The position numbers and the translations under genes are program-made. The notes below the pieces were generated by a model that saw only the letters and a program-made list of their open reading frames with translations, had not been told where the DNA came from and did not search any database. This document shows, piece after piece, positions 1 to 8,591 of a stretch of 64,000 bases of DNA; the stretch's first letter is position 1, and the number at the start of each line of letters is the position of its first letter. Where the stretch lies: IMG/VR virus record IMGVR_UViG_3300018475_001475; one strand, written 5' to 3'. The stretch comes from a virus. Its lineage: Duplodnaviria > Heunggongvirae > Uroviricota > Caudoviricetes.

Positions 1-126
1 AAAGAATATAACTGTGAAAACTGCGGATGCGATTTATATCTTGATGAAATTTATGACGACTTACACCACGATTATTTGTGTGAAGAATGTCTATTGCAAC
101 TTCATCGTAAACGCCTGTGGGAGTAA
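1..126 (+). CDS. 3' end of a CDS entering from upstream; Cys-rich zinc-ribbon-like C-terminus (CENCGC...CEEC)
   Basis: Open frame from window edge to TAA at 124-126; two CxxC pairs; no start codon inside window. Confidence 0.4.
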   Translation, partial: KEYNCENCGCDLYLDEIYDDLHHDYLCEECLLQLHRKRLWE

Positions 127-147
127 TCCTGCAGGCTATTTTTATAC

Positions 148-175
148 TTGACAAATTCAAAATATATGCTATAAT
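148..175 (+). promoter_or_regulatory. sigma-A-type promoter TTGACA-N16-TATAAT followed by leader ACAATACAAAATTAAT (177-192) and AAGGAGG
   Basis: Consensus hexamers read at 148-153 and 170-175; same architecture recurs at 7997, 13356 and 17794. Confidence 0.55.
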
Positions 176-326
176 AACAATACAAAATTAATGTAAGGAG
201 GTAATTCAAATACAAACTTTATATCATTATATATATTTAGGACTAATTAAGGTAATTGACAACATAGTTACTACGGAGAAATCCCTGTTAACGCACCAAA
301 ACAAAGCGCTCGCTGCATCAATTCTA

Positions 327-695
327 GTGGCAGTTTCGCAGTTTCTCTTCTACGTTCTTATCAAAGAGGTTGTAGCAGATAGTAATCTAATTTCTATGAT
401 AGTGGTATCAGTTGCGTCTGGCATTGGTAGTTATATTGCATTTGGTATCAACAACAAATTCTCAAAGGAAACCGTGTACATTAACATCGTTACATCTAAC
501 GATAAAAATCAGATGAAGAGTTTTGCTGATCATATGAGAGCGGAGGGCATTAAGGTGGTTACAGTGCCTACTTATGGCGACGATATTGAAAGAACACTAA
601 CTGCTCTTATTTTTGCTAATACACGGTATCAGTCAAAAATGATTGACAAATATGTTGAAAATCATGCAGAGCTTTTTAGGGAGGTAATAAATTAA
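327..695 (+). CDS. hypothetical protein with hydrophobic N-terminal segment; start uncertain (GTG, no SD)
   Basis: 122-aa ORF; in-frame stop at 288-290 upstream; no convincing RBS, so low confidence. Confidence 0.35.
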   Translation: MAVSQFLFYVLIKEVVADSNLISMIVVSVASGIGSYIAFGINNKFSKETVYINIVTSNDKNQMKSFADHMRAEGIKVVTVPTYGDDIERTLTALIFANTRYQSKMIDKYVENHAELFREVIN

Positions 696-1787
696 ATGGG
701 AATTTATATGGATCACGCCGCTACAACGCCAATTTGCGAGGCAGCGAAAAGGGTAATAATGACTTATATGAATGACTTCGGTAATCCGTCTAGTCAACAC
801 GAGCTTGGTAGACAGGCTAGAGTTCTAATTGAAGATGCCAGAGAAAGAATTGCTAAGTGTATTAACGCCGAACCAAACGAAATATACTTCACGAGTGGAG
901 GCTCTGAAGCCAATTCATTGGTTGTAAATAATTATATTACTTTGTCTTCAAATTTTGAGCATCATTCTTTAAATGCGCATTGTAAAAATGCATACATTGA
1001 TAAAAATGGTTTTGTTGATACACAATTTTTCAGCACTATTTGTCATCCAAATGCATCATATTTTGAATTAGAATCTTGTATGATGGTTAATAACGAAATT
1101 GGAACAATACAACCTATTAAAAATATTACAAACATTGCACATGGAAAACATATGCTATTCCACACTGATGCAGTACAAGCAGTAGGACACATTCCCATTG
1201 ACATTAAAGACATAAACTGTGATTTTCTCTCTGCCTCAGCCCACAAATTTGGTGGGCCAAAAGGTATTGGATTTATTTATATAAAAAATGGTGTAAAAAT
1301 TGAACCTATTATTCATGGTGGTAGGCAAGAATCTGGATTAAGAGGCGGAACAGAAAATGTTCTTGGTATTATTGCCATGGCTGCAGCACTTGAAGATGCA
1401 GTAGAACATATGGAAGAACGCAATGCATACATAAAAGACTTAAGAGACAGATTGTTAGATATGCTTCTACAAATCCCTGGTTCACATCTTAACGGTTCGC
1501 TTGAAAATCGTGTTCCTGGCAATATAAACATCCGTTTTTCAGGGGTTTCTGGAGCGAGATTGGTAACACTGTGTAGTTTGTATGGTATTTACATTTCCTC
1601 TGGATCGGCCTGCAATGAGGGGATTTCTGAGCCTAGTCATGTTCTTAAAGCAATCGGCTTGAACGACGAAGAAGCTCTGAGCAGTATCCGCATCACTCTT
1701 GGACATACAAATACAGAAGAAGAAATTAATACAGCAGCAAACATTCTTACATCATTAGTTGAAAGGATTAGAGATGAAAACACATAA
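696..1787 (+). CDS. cysteine desulfurase, NifS/IscS family (PLP-dependent class V aminotransferase fold)
   Basis: TSGGSEAN, PLP-lysine motif SAHKFGGPKGIG, catalytic-Cys loop SSGSACNEGISEPSHVL; GGGAGG RBS upstream. Confidence 0.85.
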   Translation: MGIYMDHAATTPICEAAKRVIMTYMNDFGNPSSQHELGRQARVLIEDARERIAKCINAEPNEIYFTSGGSEANSLVVNNYITLSSNFEHHSLNAHCKNAYIDKNGFVDTQFFSTICHPNASYFELESCMMVNNEIGTIQPIKNITNIAHGKHMLFHTDAVQAVGHIPIDIKDINCDFLSASAHKFGGPKGIGFIYIKNGVKIEPIIHGGRQESGLRGGTENVLGIIAMAAALEDAVEHMEERNAYIKDLRDRLLDMLLQIPGSHLNGSLENRVPGNINIRFSGVSGARLVTLCSLYGIYISSGSACNEGISEPSHVLKAIGLNDEEALSSIRITLGHTNTEEEINTAANILTSLVERIRDENT

Positions 1788-2475
1788 CGTACTTTGGAGC
1801 ATTATTATAGTAATCTGTATTGTCATTCCTTTAATGGCTTCAATCTATTGGGAAAAACAATGTCACATTATTGAAGCACAGCTGGTGGAGTCTCACAACA
1901 CTCATATCTCTGAACTTCATAAGTTAGATCAAAAATGTGATGGTCTGCTAGATGATATCAAGATTTTGGACGAACAGCTTATTGCTAAGAGCAACCTACT
2001 AAATGAAGTCCAAGAAAAGCTTGAACAGGCTAATATACTTATCGATGCATATAAATCGGAAAAATACTTCGTGTCTTATATAGTAACAGAACAAGAAATT
2101 GAAATGATTGCACAGACAATATGGGGCGAGGCTAGAGGGCTTAATACATATGAACAATCCTTGGTGATCTGGTGCATTTTAAATCGTGTAGATGATGGAA
2201 CATGGGGTAATACAGTTGCAGAGGTCGTCACGGCAAAGTCTCAGTTTCACGGGTATAGTAATAGCCATCCGATTACAGATGAACATAAAGCTCTAGCTCG
2301 GGACGTTGTAACACGGTGGCAGATGGAAAAATATTGCCAGGGCAATGTTGGAAGAACGCTTCCGCAAGAATACCTTTATTTCCATTCTGAACATGGACAT
2401 AATGTCTTTACAAGCAACTATCGTCGTCCGTACAACACTTATGATTACAGCTCTGGTTTTAATCCTTACTCTTGA
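1759..2475 (+). CDS. SleB/CwlJ-like cell wall hydrolase (Hydrolase_2) with N-terminal TM helix and coiled coil
   Basis: WGEARG...ILNRV motif typical of SleB-type hydrolases; TM segment WSIIIVICIVIPLMASIY; true start may be ATG 1774. Confidence 0.65.
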   Translation: MKGLEMKTHNVLWSIIIVICIVIPLMASIYWEKQCHIIEAQLVESHNTHISELHKLDQKCDGLLDDIKILDEQLIAKSNLLNEVQEKLEQANILIDAYKSEKYFVSYIVTEQEIEMIAQTIWGEARGLNTYEQSLVIWCILNRVDDGTWGNTVAEVVTAKSQFHGYSNSHPITDEHKALARDVVTRWQMEKYCQGNVGRTLPQEYLYFHSEHGHNVFTSNYRRPYNTYDYSSGFNPYS

Positions 2476-2500
2476 CAATACGAAATTAATGTGATATAAT
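2472..2500 (+). promoter_or_regulatory. sigma-A-type promoter TTGACA-N17-TATAAT; spacer contains ACGAAATTAAT variant of leader motif
   Basis: TTGACA 2472-2477 overlaps stop codon of upstream gene; TATAAT 2495-2500. Confidence 0.5.
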
Positions 2501-2521
2501 ATAAACACAAAAGACCACAGG

Positions 2522-2557
2522 GGCCAATATAGGAGAAATCTTATATTGGCCTTTTTT
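2522..2557 (+). terminator. hairpin GGCCAATAT-N12-ATATTGGCC + T6; intrinsic terminator or leader attenuator downstream of promoter
   Basis: 9-bp perfect inverted repeat with loop AGGAGAAATCTT followed by TTTTTT. Confidence 0.5.
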
Positions 2558-2569
2558 AAGGAGATTATT

Positions 2570-2713
2570 ATGGTAGATAAGAACAAGAAGAAGGAAGAAG
2601 CGAAGAGTCAGCGTAACTTGTGGACTATGAATCCTGTTACACGCATTGTTGAAAGCAGAAAGAAGTATAAACGCAGTAAGGATCGCAAAGATAGGAAGTT
2701 ATATGAGGATTAA
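2570..2713 (+). CDS. small Lys/Arg-rich protein (47 aa)
   Basis: AAGGAG RBS 7 nt upstream of ATG 2570; MVDKNKKKEEAKSQRNLW...; below ORF-track size cut-off. Confidence 0.3.
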   Translation: MVDKNKKKEEAKSQRNLWTMNPVTRIVESRKKYKRSKDRKDRKLYED

Positions 2714-2715
2714 TC

Positions 2716-3132
2716 ATGAAGCTTACAAAATCACATAGGGCTTATTTTAAGGCTGCAAAAAGCATGAGCGAATTGTCAGACTTTAAACAGCATCACATCG
2801 GAGCCGTCGCCGTATCTGGGCATAAAATTATTTCATCTGGATATAATTCTTATAAAACTAATCCAACACAGAAGCGTCTTAATGTTCATAGATTTAATGC
2901 AGATACTCCGGCTACGCTTCATGCTGAACTAAGTTGTCTTTTGCCGTTAATTAATCGTCGAGACATAGACTTTAGTGATGTGTCGATCTATGTTTATCGA
3001 GAATATAAAAATGGAGATCTGGCACTTGCAAAACCGTGTGCGTCGTGCATGGCACTATTGAGAAGCCTGAAAATTAGACACATATATTATACCGGAGACG
3101 GTAGCTATATTAACGAAGAAATTATTTATTAA
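2716..3132 (+). CDS. cytidine/deoxycytidylate deaminase family zinc enzyme (dCMP deaminase-like)
   Basis: Zinc-binding motifs LHAELS (HxE) and PCASCMALL (PCxxC). Confidence 0.7.
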   Translation: MKLTKSHRAYFKAAKSMSELSDFKQHHIGAVAVSGHKIISSGYNSYKTNPTQKRLNVHRFNADTPATLHAELSCLLPLINRRDIDFSDVSIYVYREYKNGDLALAKPCASCMALLRSLKIRHIYYTGDGSYINEEIIY

Positions 3133-3146
3133 AGGAGAATAAAAAA

Positions 3147-3308
3147 ATGAGCCAGCAAGATTATTTTGAAGACATGTGCAAACGTTGTTTTATTCGTAAC
3201 ACAAATCTCACTAAGAAAGAGATCAAAAAGATTGTTTTGAGCGAAGAGCGTTATCGGTGTAGTTGTTGCGGGAAAACAGATTTTATCGTTGAATATGTGG
3301 AGGAATGA
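3147..3308 (+). CDS. small zinc-ribbon protein (53 aa)
   Basis: AAGGAG RBS; CxxC...CxxC (CKRC...CSCC); below ORF-track cut-off. Confidence 0.35.
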   Translation: MSQQDYFEDMCKRCFIRNTNLTKKEIKKIVLSEERYRCSCCGKTDFIVEYVEE

Positions 3309-3311
3309 GTA

Positions 3312-3722
3312 ATGGCAGAAATTCTAGGACAGGGTACACTATATAAAGCATTTAAGGAACTTGGCATTGAGGCAACCAGAACATATAAGGGTAGCGAAAA
3401 GCCTTATTATCAGGTATGGGAGCTATCAAAGGAAGATTGTAAGAGACTTGAGTACGAATCTGAGTGGAATGACGAATGGGGTTGGTTTTGTTACTCTAAC
3501 GGCGAGCACCGCGGCACAGCTTACGATTTCCTAACTATTAATGGTGTTGATGTTATTGCGTGGCAGGAGGATTGCAAGAAAGATACTTTTGAATGCCTTA
3601 CTGATTATTTTAAGGATTGCCTTGGCGTTACCGACGGTAGACAGATGGCTTCGTATTCTGTGTATTTGGCAAAGACGAACGGTTGGTCATTAAGCGATTT
3701 ATGGAAGAAGCTAGAAAGTTAA
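3312..3722 (+). CDS. hypothetical protein
   Basis: 136-aa ORF with GGAGG-like RBS; no recognisable motif. Confidence 0.5.
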   Translation: MAEILGQGTLYKAFKELGIEATRTYKGSEKPYYQVWELSKEDCKRLEYESEWNDEWGWFCYSNGEHRGTAYDFLTINGVDVIAWQEDCKKDTFECLTDYFKDCLGVTDGRQMASYSVYLAKTNGWSLSDLWKKLES

Positions 3723-3737
3723 AGGAGTTATTATATT

Positions 3738-4193
3738 ATGACTACAGCAGAATGTAAGTTAGAAACAATTAAGCATATTGAAAATGTTAGAAAATATATT
3801 AGAATTTTCACAGATTCACTTACAAATCGTGGCATTAAGCATGATGCGTCTAAGTTGGAGAACCCTGAGGTAGAAGCGTTTACTAAATGCACTCCAAAGC
3901 TCGCTAAGTTAACTTATGGTACGCCCGAATACAATGAATCATTAAATGAATTAGATACTGCACTTCAGCATCATTACGCATGTAATCGCCATCATCCAGA
4001 ACATTTCAGTAAGGGCATTGATGATATGACTTTAATCGACATTGTAGAGATGTTATGCGACTGGAAGGCTGCAAGTATTAGACAGCATGATGGTAACTTA
4101 TTGAAATCCATTGAGATTAATGCACAAAGATTTGGTTATGACGATCAACTAAAACGGATTTTTATTAACACGGCTAAAATTTTGGATGAATAA
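3738..4193 (+). CDS. putative HD-domain-like metal-dependent phosphohydrolase
   Basis: Ordered H ... HD (IKHDASK) ... H (QHHYA) ... RHHPEH ... D pattern; AAGGAG RBS. Confidence 0.45.
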   Translation: MTTAECKLETIKHIENVRKYIRIFTDSLTNRGIKHDASKLENPEVEAFTKCTPKLAKLTYGTPEYNESLNELDTALQHHYACNRHHPEHFSKGIDDMTLIDIVEMLCDWKAASIRQHDGNLLKSIEINAQRFGYDDQLKRIFINTAKILDE

Positions 4194-4216
4194 AACAGTT
4201 AAATGGAGTGATAATT

Positions 4217-4777
4217 ATGGGAAAGCAGTTTTATATTGCTGATTGGCATTATGGGCACGCAAATTGTATTGCATTTGACAATAGGCCGTTCAAGAATGTT
4301 CAAGAAATGAACGAAGAACTCATTGAGCGTTGGAATAAGGCTGTTACTGATTATGACACTGTCTATATTCTTGGTGATATGTTTTGGTGCAATTGGAAGG
4401 ATGCACTACCTGTTTTGGACCAGTTACACGGTAGAAAGATCCTAATTAAGGGCAATCACGACAGATGTAACGAAAGCCAGTTTGTAAAAAAGTTTAGTAA
4501 GATTGTGGATTATTTGGAGATTAAGGATAATGATCGCAATGTCGTTCTTTGTCATTATCCAATTCCTTGTTTTAAGAATCACTTTTACGGCTGGTTTCAT
4601 GCATATGGGCATGTACATAATTCTTTTGAAGCAAATATGATGGAACACAATAAATATCTAATGGAAGAACTTTATGGCAAGCAGTGTCAAATGTTTAATG
4701 TCGGCGCAATGATGCCATATATGGACTATACGCCTCGAACTTTGGACGAGATTTTATCGGCACAGGAGGATAAATAA
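4217..4777 (+). CDS. calcineurin-like metallophosphoesterase
   Basis: Motifs DWHYGH, GDMF, GNHD, GHVH; GGAG RBS before ATG 4217. Confidence 0.7.
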   Translation: MGKQFYIADWHYGHANCIAFDNRPFKNVQEMNEELIERWNKAVTDYDTVYILGDMFWCNWKDALPVLDQLHGRKILIKGNHDRCNESQFVKKFSKIVDYLEIKDNDRNVVLCHYPIPCFKNHFYGWFHAYGHVHNSFEANMMEHNKYLMEELYGKQCQMFNVGAMMPYMDYTPRTLDEILSAQEDK

Positions 4778-5100
4778 TGTTGAATGTATATGATAGAATA
4801 AAAGAAATTGTTTTTGACAACGGAATAAATATTATTTGTGGACAGTGGCCTGTTGAAATTAAGGATTATGAAGATTATTTCATTATTGAAACACAGGCAG
4901 AAATTGGGGATATTTCTCGTGGATGGCTTGGTAATGTTAAGTTTATATTGACGGGTAATAGTTTTGATGAAACTTCTTGTATGTCAGAAAAAAGCGTTAG
5001 CAAAAAGGTTGAGTACAAAGATGTATTATGCGTTCGTTGTACTTTTGATTTGATATCCGATTGTGTAGTATCGTGGCAATATACTTTTAATAAATATTGA
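4777..5100 (+). CDS. hypothetical protein
   Basis: 107-aa ORF, AGGAGG RBS, start overlaps previous stop (ATAATG). Confidence 0.45.
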   Translation: MLNVYDRIKEIVFDNGINIICGQWPVEIKDYEDYFIIETQAEIGDISRGWLGNVKFILTGNSFDETSCMSEKSVSKKVEYKDVLCVRCTFDLISDCVVSWQYTFNKY

Positions 5101-5146
5101 CTAAAATTCACAAATGGCCAGGAGAAATCTTGGATATTTTGCCAAC

Positions 5147-5175
5147 TTGATTTTTGGAAAATATGTGGTATTATA
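5147..5175 (+). promoter_or_regulatory. promoter-like TTGATT-N16/17-TATTAT followed by leader variant ACAGTACAAAATGAATT
   Basis: Hexamers read at 5147-5152 and 5169-5174. Confidence 0.4.
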
Positions 5176-5195
5176 ACAGTACAAAATGAATTGAG

Positions 5196-5669
5196 GTGAT
5201 TGATGTGGGTACCAATTTCTATATGATTACTAAGAATAAAAAAATGGCAGAAAAATATGCACCATATTCTTATGAGCTGACAGACAGACCATATTTTGGT
5301 TATGAAATTCACGTAGCTAAGACTTCATGTGGTTGGCTTCCTCTTTTTCAAGGGCACAGGGATGGCATCAATTCTGTGCGTGAATATAAGACGGCGTACA
5401 AAACGGGCGAATTTGAAATCGTAGATGAATATGGCAACATTTATACATGGGAAGAATTTGATAAACGGGTGTTGCAGTTTAACGGCGGTATTCGAGGAGT
5501 TGCACCTATAATTACAATAGAAGTAGATAAAAATTCTAGATGGTATGATCCAAGAATGCCAGATTGCACTCCAGTAAGTCATTTTGAATATAAATATGGT
5601 TATTATTCTGCAAACGATTACTTTACAGACGAAGATGGATATGAATTTGACAGAAGGGAATTTTCATAA
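5196..5669 (+). CDS. hypothetical protein (GTG start; alternative starts 5205/5223)
   Basis: 157-aa ORF after GAGGTG. Confidence 0.45.
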   Translation: MIDVGTNFYMITKNKKMAEKYAPYSYELTDRPYFGYEIHVAKTSCGWLPLFQGHRDGINSVREYKTAYKTGEFEIVDEYGNIYTWEEFDKRVLQFNGGIRGVAPIITIEVDKNSRWYDPRMPDCTPVSHFEYKYGYYSANDYFTDEDGYEFDRREFS

Positions 5670-6781
5670 TGTACAAGCTTGAATTAAGAGACTTTATTCT
5701 GTCTCACGATAATTGGGAAGAACTTTTAACTGCAGAACCATATTATCTTAAGATTTCTCGTGATGACGGGTATATCATGTTTAAATATAATCAGGTGTTT
5801 TCTGATTTTAATATTCCTCTAGTTCGTGAATCACGAGGAATTATTTTCAGAGAAAGCGATTGGAAGTGTGTGTCTTATCCGTTTCGAAAATTCGGAAATT
5901 ATGGTGAGTCTTATTGCCCCGAAATCAACTGGGAAACTGCATCTGTTCAAGAAAAAGTCGATGGGTCATTAATTAAATTTTGGTATGATAACGGATGGCA
6001 TATTTCCACTAACGGCACAATTGATGCGTTTAAGGCTAATCTAAACGATGTTAAGTATGAAAACTTTGGACAACTTGTTGCTACTGCAATTCATAAAGTA
6101 TTTGAAGATGAGCACGATTTTTTCAACATGCTTGACCCAAAATGTACATATATGTTTGAACTAGTTTCTCCATACAACCGCATAGTTATCCCGTATGAGG
6201 AAGTTAAGCTATATTTCTTAGGAATTAGAGATATGAACGATGGAGAGGAATGGAATCCAGAAGAGTCTGACCTGTCTATGTTTTTCTCTATCCCTAAGCG
6301 TTATCCTCTACATTCTCTGGAAGGTGTACAAAAAGCAGCAAATGCGCTTTCTTGGGACGAGGAGGGTTATGTAGTTTGCGATGCAGATTTTAATAGAGTT
6401 AAAATTAAAAGCCCATCTTACGTAATGGCTCATTACGTGCGTAATAACAACACTATTAATACTGAGCGGTTAGTACATATTGTTCTTGATGGAGAGCAAG
6501 AAGAATTTCTAATTTATGCTTCTGACTATGCTGATGAGCTTCGTAACGTCGAGGATATTATGCATAATATTGCAAGCAAGTCAGTTGAAAGTATGAAGAT
6601 AATATTCGGCGCATCTTATGAATTTGCTAATCGTGGAGAATATGCACGAGAGGTAATGAAATATCCTGCATATATGAAAGACTTCCTATTCCGTTGTTTT
6701 GATGATAAGATTTTCTGGGATTATGCAAAGAGTTGGAGTATAGATAGATGGGTTAAAGCTATTAATGAATTTAAGGGATAA
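5669..6781 (+). CDS. RNA ligase, T4 Rnl1-like nucleotidyltransferase
   Basis: KxDG adenylation motif EKVDGS with Lys at about residue 96 (T4 Rnl1 K99); length 370 aa similar to Rnl1. Confidence 0.65.
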   Translation: MYKLELRDFILSHDNWEELLTAEPYYLKISRDDGYIMFKYNQVFSDFNIPLVRESRGIIFRESDWKCVSYPFRKFGNYGESYCPEINWETASVQEKVDGSLIKFWYDNGWHISTNGTIDAFKANLNDVKYENFGQLVATAIHKVFEDEHDFFNMLDPKCTYMFELVSPYNRIVIPYEEVKLYFLGIRDMNDGEEWNPEESDLSMFFSIPKRYPLHSLEGVQKAANALSWDEEGYVVCDADFNRVKIKSPSYVMAHYVRNNNTINTERLVHIVLDGEQEEFLIYASDYADELRNVEDIMHNIASKSVESMKIIFGASYEFANRGEYAREVMKYPAYMKDFLFRCFDDKIFWDYAKSWSIDRWVKAINEFKG

Positions 6782-6788
6782 AAAGAAA

Positions 6789-7064
6789 ATGAAACATAAT
6801 GTTGTTAAATCTATGATTGGAGGAATTATTACTATGATTATAGCAATTTTGATAATTATTTGCGCACCCGCTTTTTATTATTTTGGCGGCTGGATTACAG
6901 GCCATCTGCTTAGCTGGTTTATCGGTGACATTGTTGTAGATGGTATGAACTATCTGTTTAATACTACAAGATTTACAGTTGATATGTTGCCTACTATTTG
7001 TGGTACTCTTGGTGTAATTGGGTCTTTCTTTAAGAGTACAACTACGACAAGTTCTAAGAAGTAA
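6789..7064 (+). CDS. small membrane protein (2 predicted TM helices)
   Basis: Hydrophobic stretches IGGIITMIIAILIIICAPAFYYFGGWI and LPTICGTLGVIGSFF. Confidence 0.4.
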   Translation: MKHNVVKSMIGGIITMIIAILIIICAPAFYYFGGWITGHLLSWFIGDIVVDGMNYLFNTTRFTVDMLPTICGTLGVIGSFFKSTTTTSSKK

Positions 7065-7073
7065 GGTGATAAG

Positions 7074-7976
7074 ATGTATATCCCGAAGTTTATAATGATG
7101 GTAGGTTTGGTTGCGAGCGGCAAGTCTCATATGGCTCAAAAACTCGCTATCGAACACAATGCTACAATTTTTAGTTCGGATGAACTTCGAGAAGAAATGT
7201 TCAATAATGTCAACAACCAAGATCATAACCAAGAACTATTTGTAGAACTTCATAGGCGCATCAAGGACTGTCTTCGTAGTGGTAAAAGTGCCATTATGGA
7301 TTCTACAAACATTAACTACAAGCGTCGTATGGCATTCCTAGCTGAGCTTAAGAGCATTCCTTGTGAAAAGATTTGTGTGTTAATGGGAACTCCATATGAA
7401 GAATGTTTGAAGCGTAATGCTGAGCGTGAACGCAAAGTTCCAGAACATGTAATTTTAAGAATGTATAGCAATTTTAACATTCCTTATTGGTATGAAGGTT
7501 GGGACGACATTAAAGTTGAATATGGTGTGTTTAAAGGTTATTATGGCAAACTAGCAAGTTGGTATAACAATTATAAAGATTATAATCAATACAATTCTCA
7601 CCATACATTAACACTTGGAGAACATTGTTATAGGGCTGCATTAGAGTTAATTGGTAGCAATTCTGTCACGTTAGTACGTGCAGCATGGATGCATGATAAT
7701 GCGAAGCCAGAAACGGCAACATTTATCAACTCCAGGGGTGAGGTAACTACCGAATGTCATTATTACAACCACCAATATGTTTCTGGATACAAGGCACTCC
7801 TATTTGATTATAGCAATCTATTGGATGTTGCGATTATTGTAATGTGGCATATGCAACCTTATTTCTGGGAGAAAGATAATAATGAAAAGTTGCATAGTAA
7901 GTATCGTAAGTTATGGGGAGATAATTTGTATCAAGATATTATGCAACTCCATGCGGCGGATAAATTGTGGCATTGA
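7074..7976 (+). CDS. polynucleotide kinase-like P-loop kinase fused to HD-domain phosphohydrolase
   Basis: Walker A GLVASGKSH at N-terminus; C-terminal H...HD...H...H...D (SHHTLTLGEH, WMHDNAKP, HYYNHQ, MWHMQ, LHAADK). Confidence 0.6.
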   Translation: MYIPKFIMMVGLVASGKSHMAQKLAIEHNATIFSSDELREEMFNNVNNQDHNQELFVELHRRIKDCLRSGKSAIMDSTNINYKRRMAFLAELKSIPCEKICVLMGTPYEECLKRNAERERKVPEHVILRMYSNFNIPYWYEGWDDIKVEYGVFKGYYGKLASWYNNYKDYNQYNSHHTLTLGEHCYRAALELIGSNSVTLVRAAWMHDNAKPETATFINSRGEVTTECHYYNHQYVSGYKALLFDYSNLLDVAIIVMWHMQPYFWEKDNNEKLHSKYRKLWGDNLYQDIMQLHAADKLWH

Positions 7977-7996
7977 AAAAAAAATTAAAATACCTC

Positions 7997-8024
7997 TTGA
8001 CAAATTAAAAATTTGTGATATAAT
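7997..8024 (+). promoter_or_regulatory. sigma-A-type promoter TTGACA-N16-TATAAT followed by ACAATACAAAATTAAT (8043-8058) and AAGGAG
   Basis: Hexamers at 7997-8002 and 8019-8024. Confidence 0.55.
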
Positions 8025-8075
8025 ACACTCACAACAAGACAAACAATACAAAATTAATTAAGGAGATGCAACAAA

Positions 8076-8588
8076 ATGAAAACGCTAATTGTAGTAGACA
8101 TGCAAAATGATTTTATTGATGCCGCACTTGGCACACCTGAGGCGCAGGCAATAGTACCTAACGTTAAAAAGAAGATTGCAGAATATGACGCTCGTGAAGA
8201 CGCAATTGTTTTTACACGAGACACCCATTTTGAAGATTATCTTGAAACGAATGAAGGCAAGAACCTTCCTGTTAAGCATTGTATTATGGGAACTCATGGT
8301 TGGCAGATTGCAGATGACCTAGAAGTACCTTGTGCTAGATATCTAAATAAGCCTACTTTTGGTTGGCTTGGTTGGAAGTCATTTGATTTTGAAGACGATG
8401 ATGAAATTGAACTAGTTGGTCTTTGTACTGATATCTGCGTGGTGTCTAATGCACTAATTCTAAAGGCAATGTTCCCTGAAGTTAAGATTACAGTGGACGC
8501 AAGTTGCTGTGCAGGCGTTACTCCTGAAAGTCATAAGGCGGCACTGCAGACTATGAAGATGTGCCAGATTAATGTTATTGGAGAGTAA
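8076..8588 (+). CDS. pncA: nicotinamidase/isochorismatase-family cysteine hydrolase (PncA-like)
   Basis: VVDMQNDF N-terminal motif, conserved Lys, catalytic-Cys motif GLCTDICV. Confidence 0.7.
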   Translation: MKTLIVVDMQNDFIDAALGTPEAQAIVPNVKKKIAEYDAREDAIVFTRDTHFEDYLETNEGKNLPVKHCIMGTHGWQIADDLEVPCARYLNKPTFGWLGWKSFDFEDDDEIELVGLCTDICVVSNALILKAMFPEVKITVDASCCAGVTPESHKAALQTMKMCQINVIGE

Positions 8589-8591
8589 ATT

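Noticed and set aside
1043-1531. Minus-strand ORFs inside the cysteine desulfurase gene
   Set aside because: Antisense to a strongly supported CDS; no RBS.
2531-5131. 10-mer AGGAGAAATC recurring at 2531, 5122 and (minus strand) 38770, each near a hairpin
   Set aside because: AAGGAGAAAT is also the functional RBS of dut (22496) and the gene at 48131. Most likely this is just the preferred RBS-plus-spacer sequence or degenerate RBS remnants, not a distinct element.
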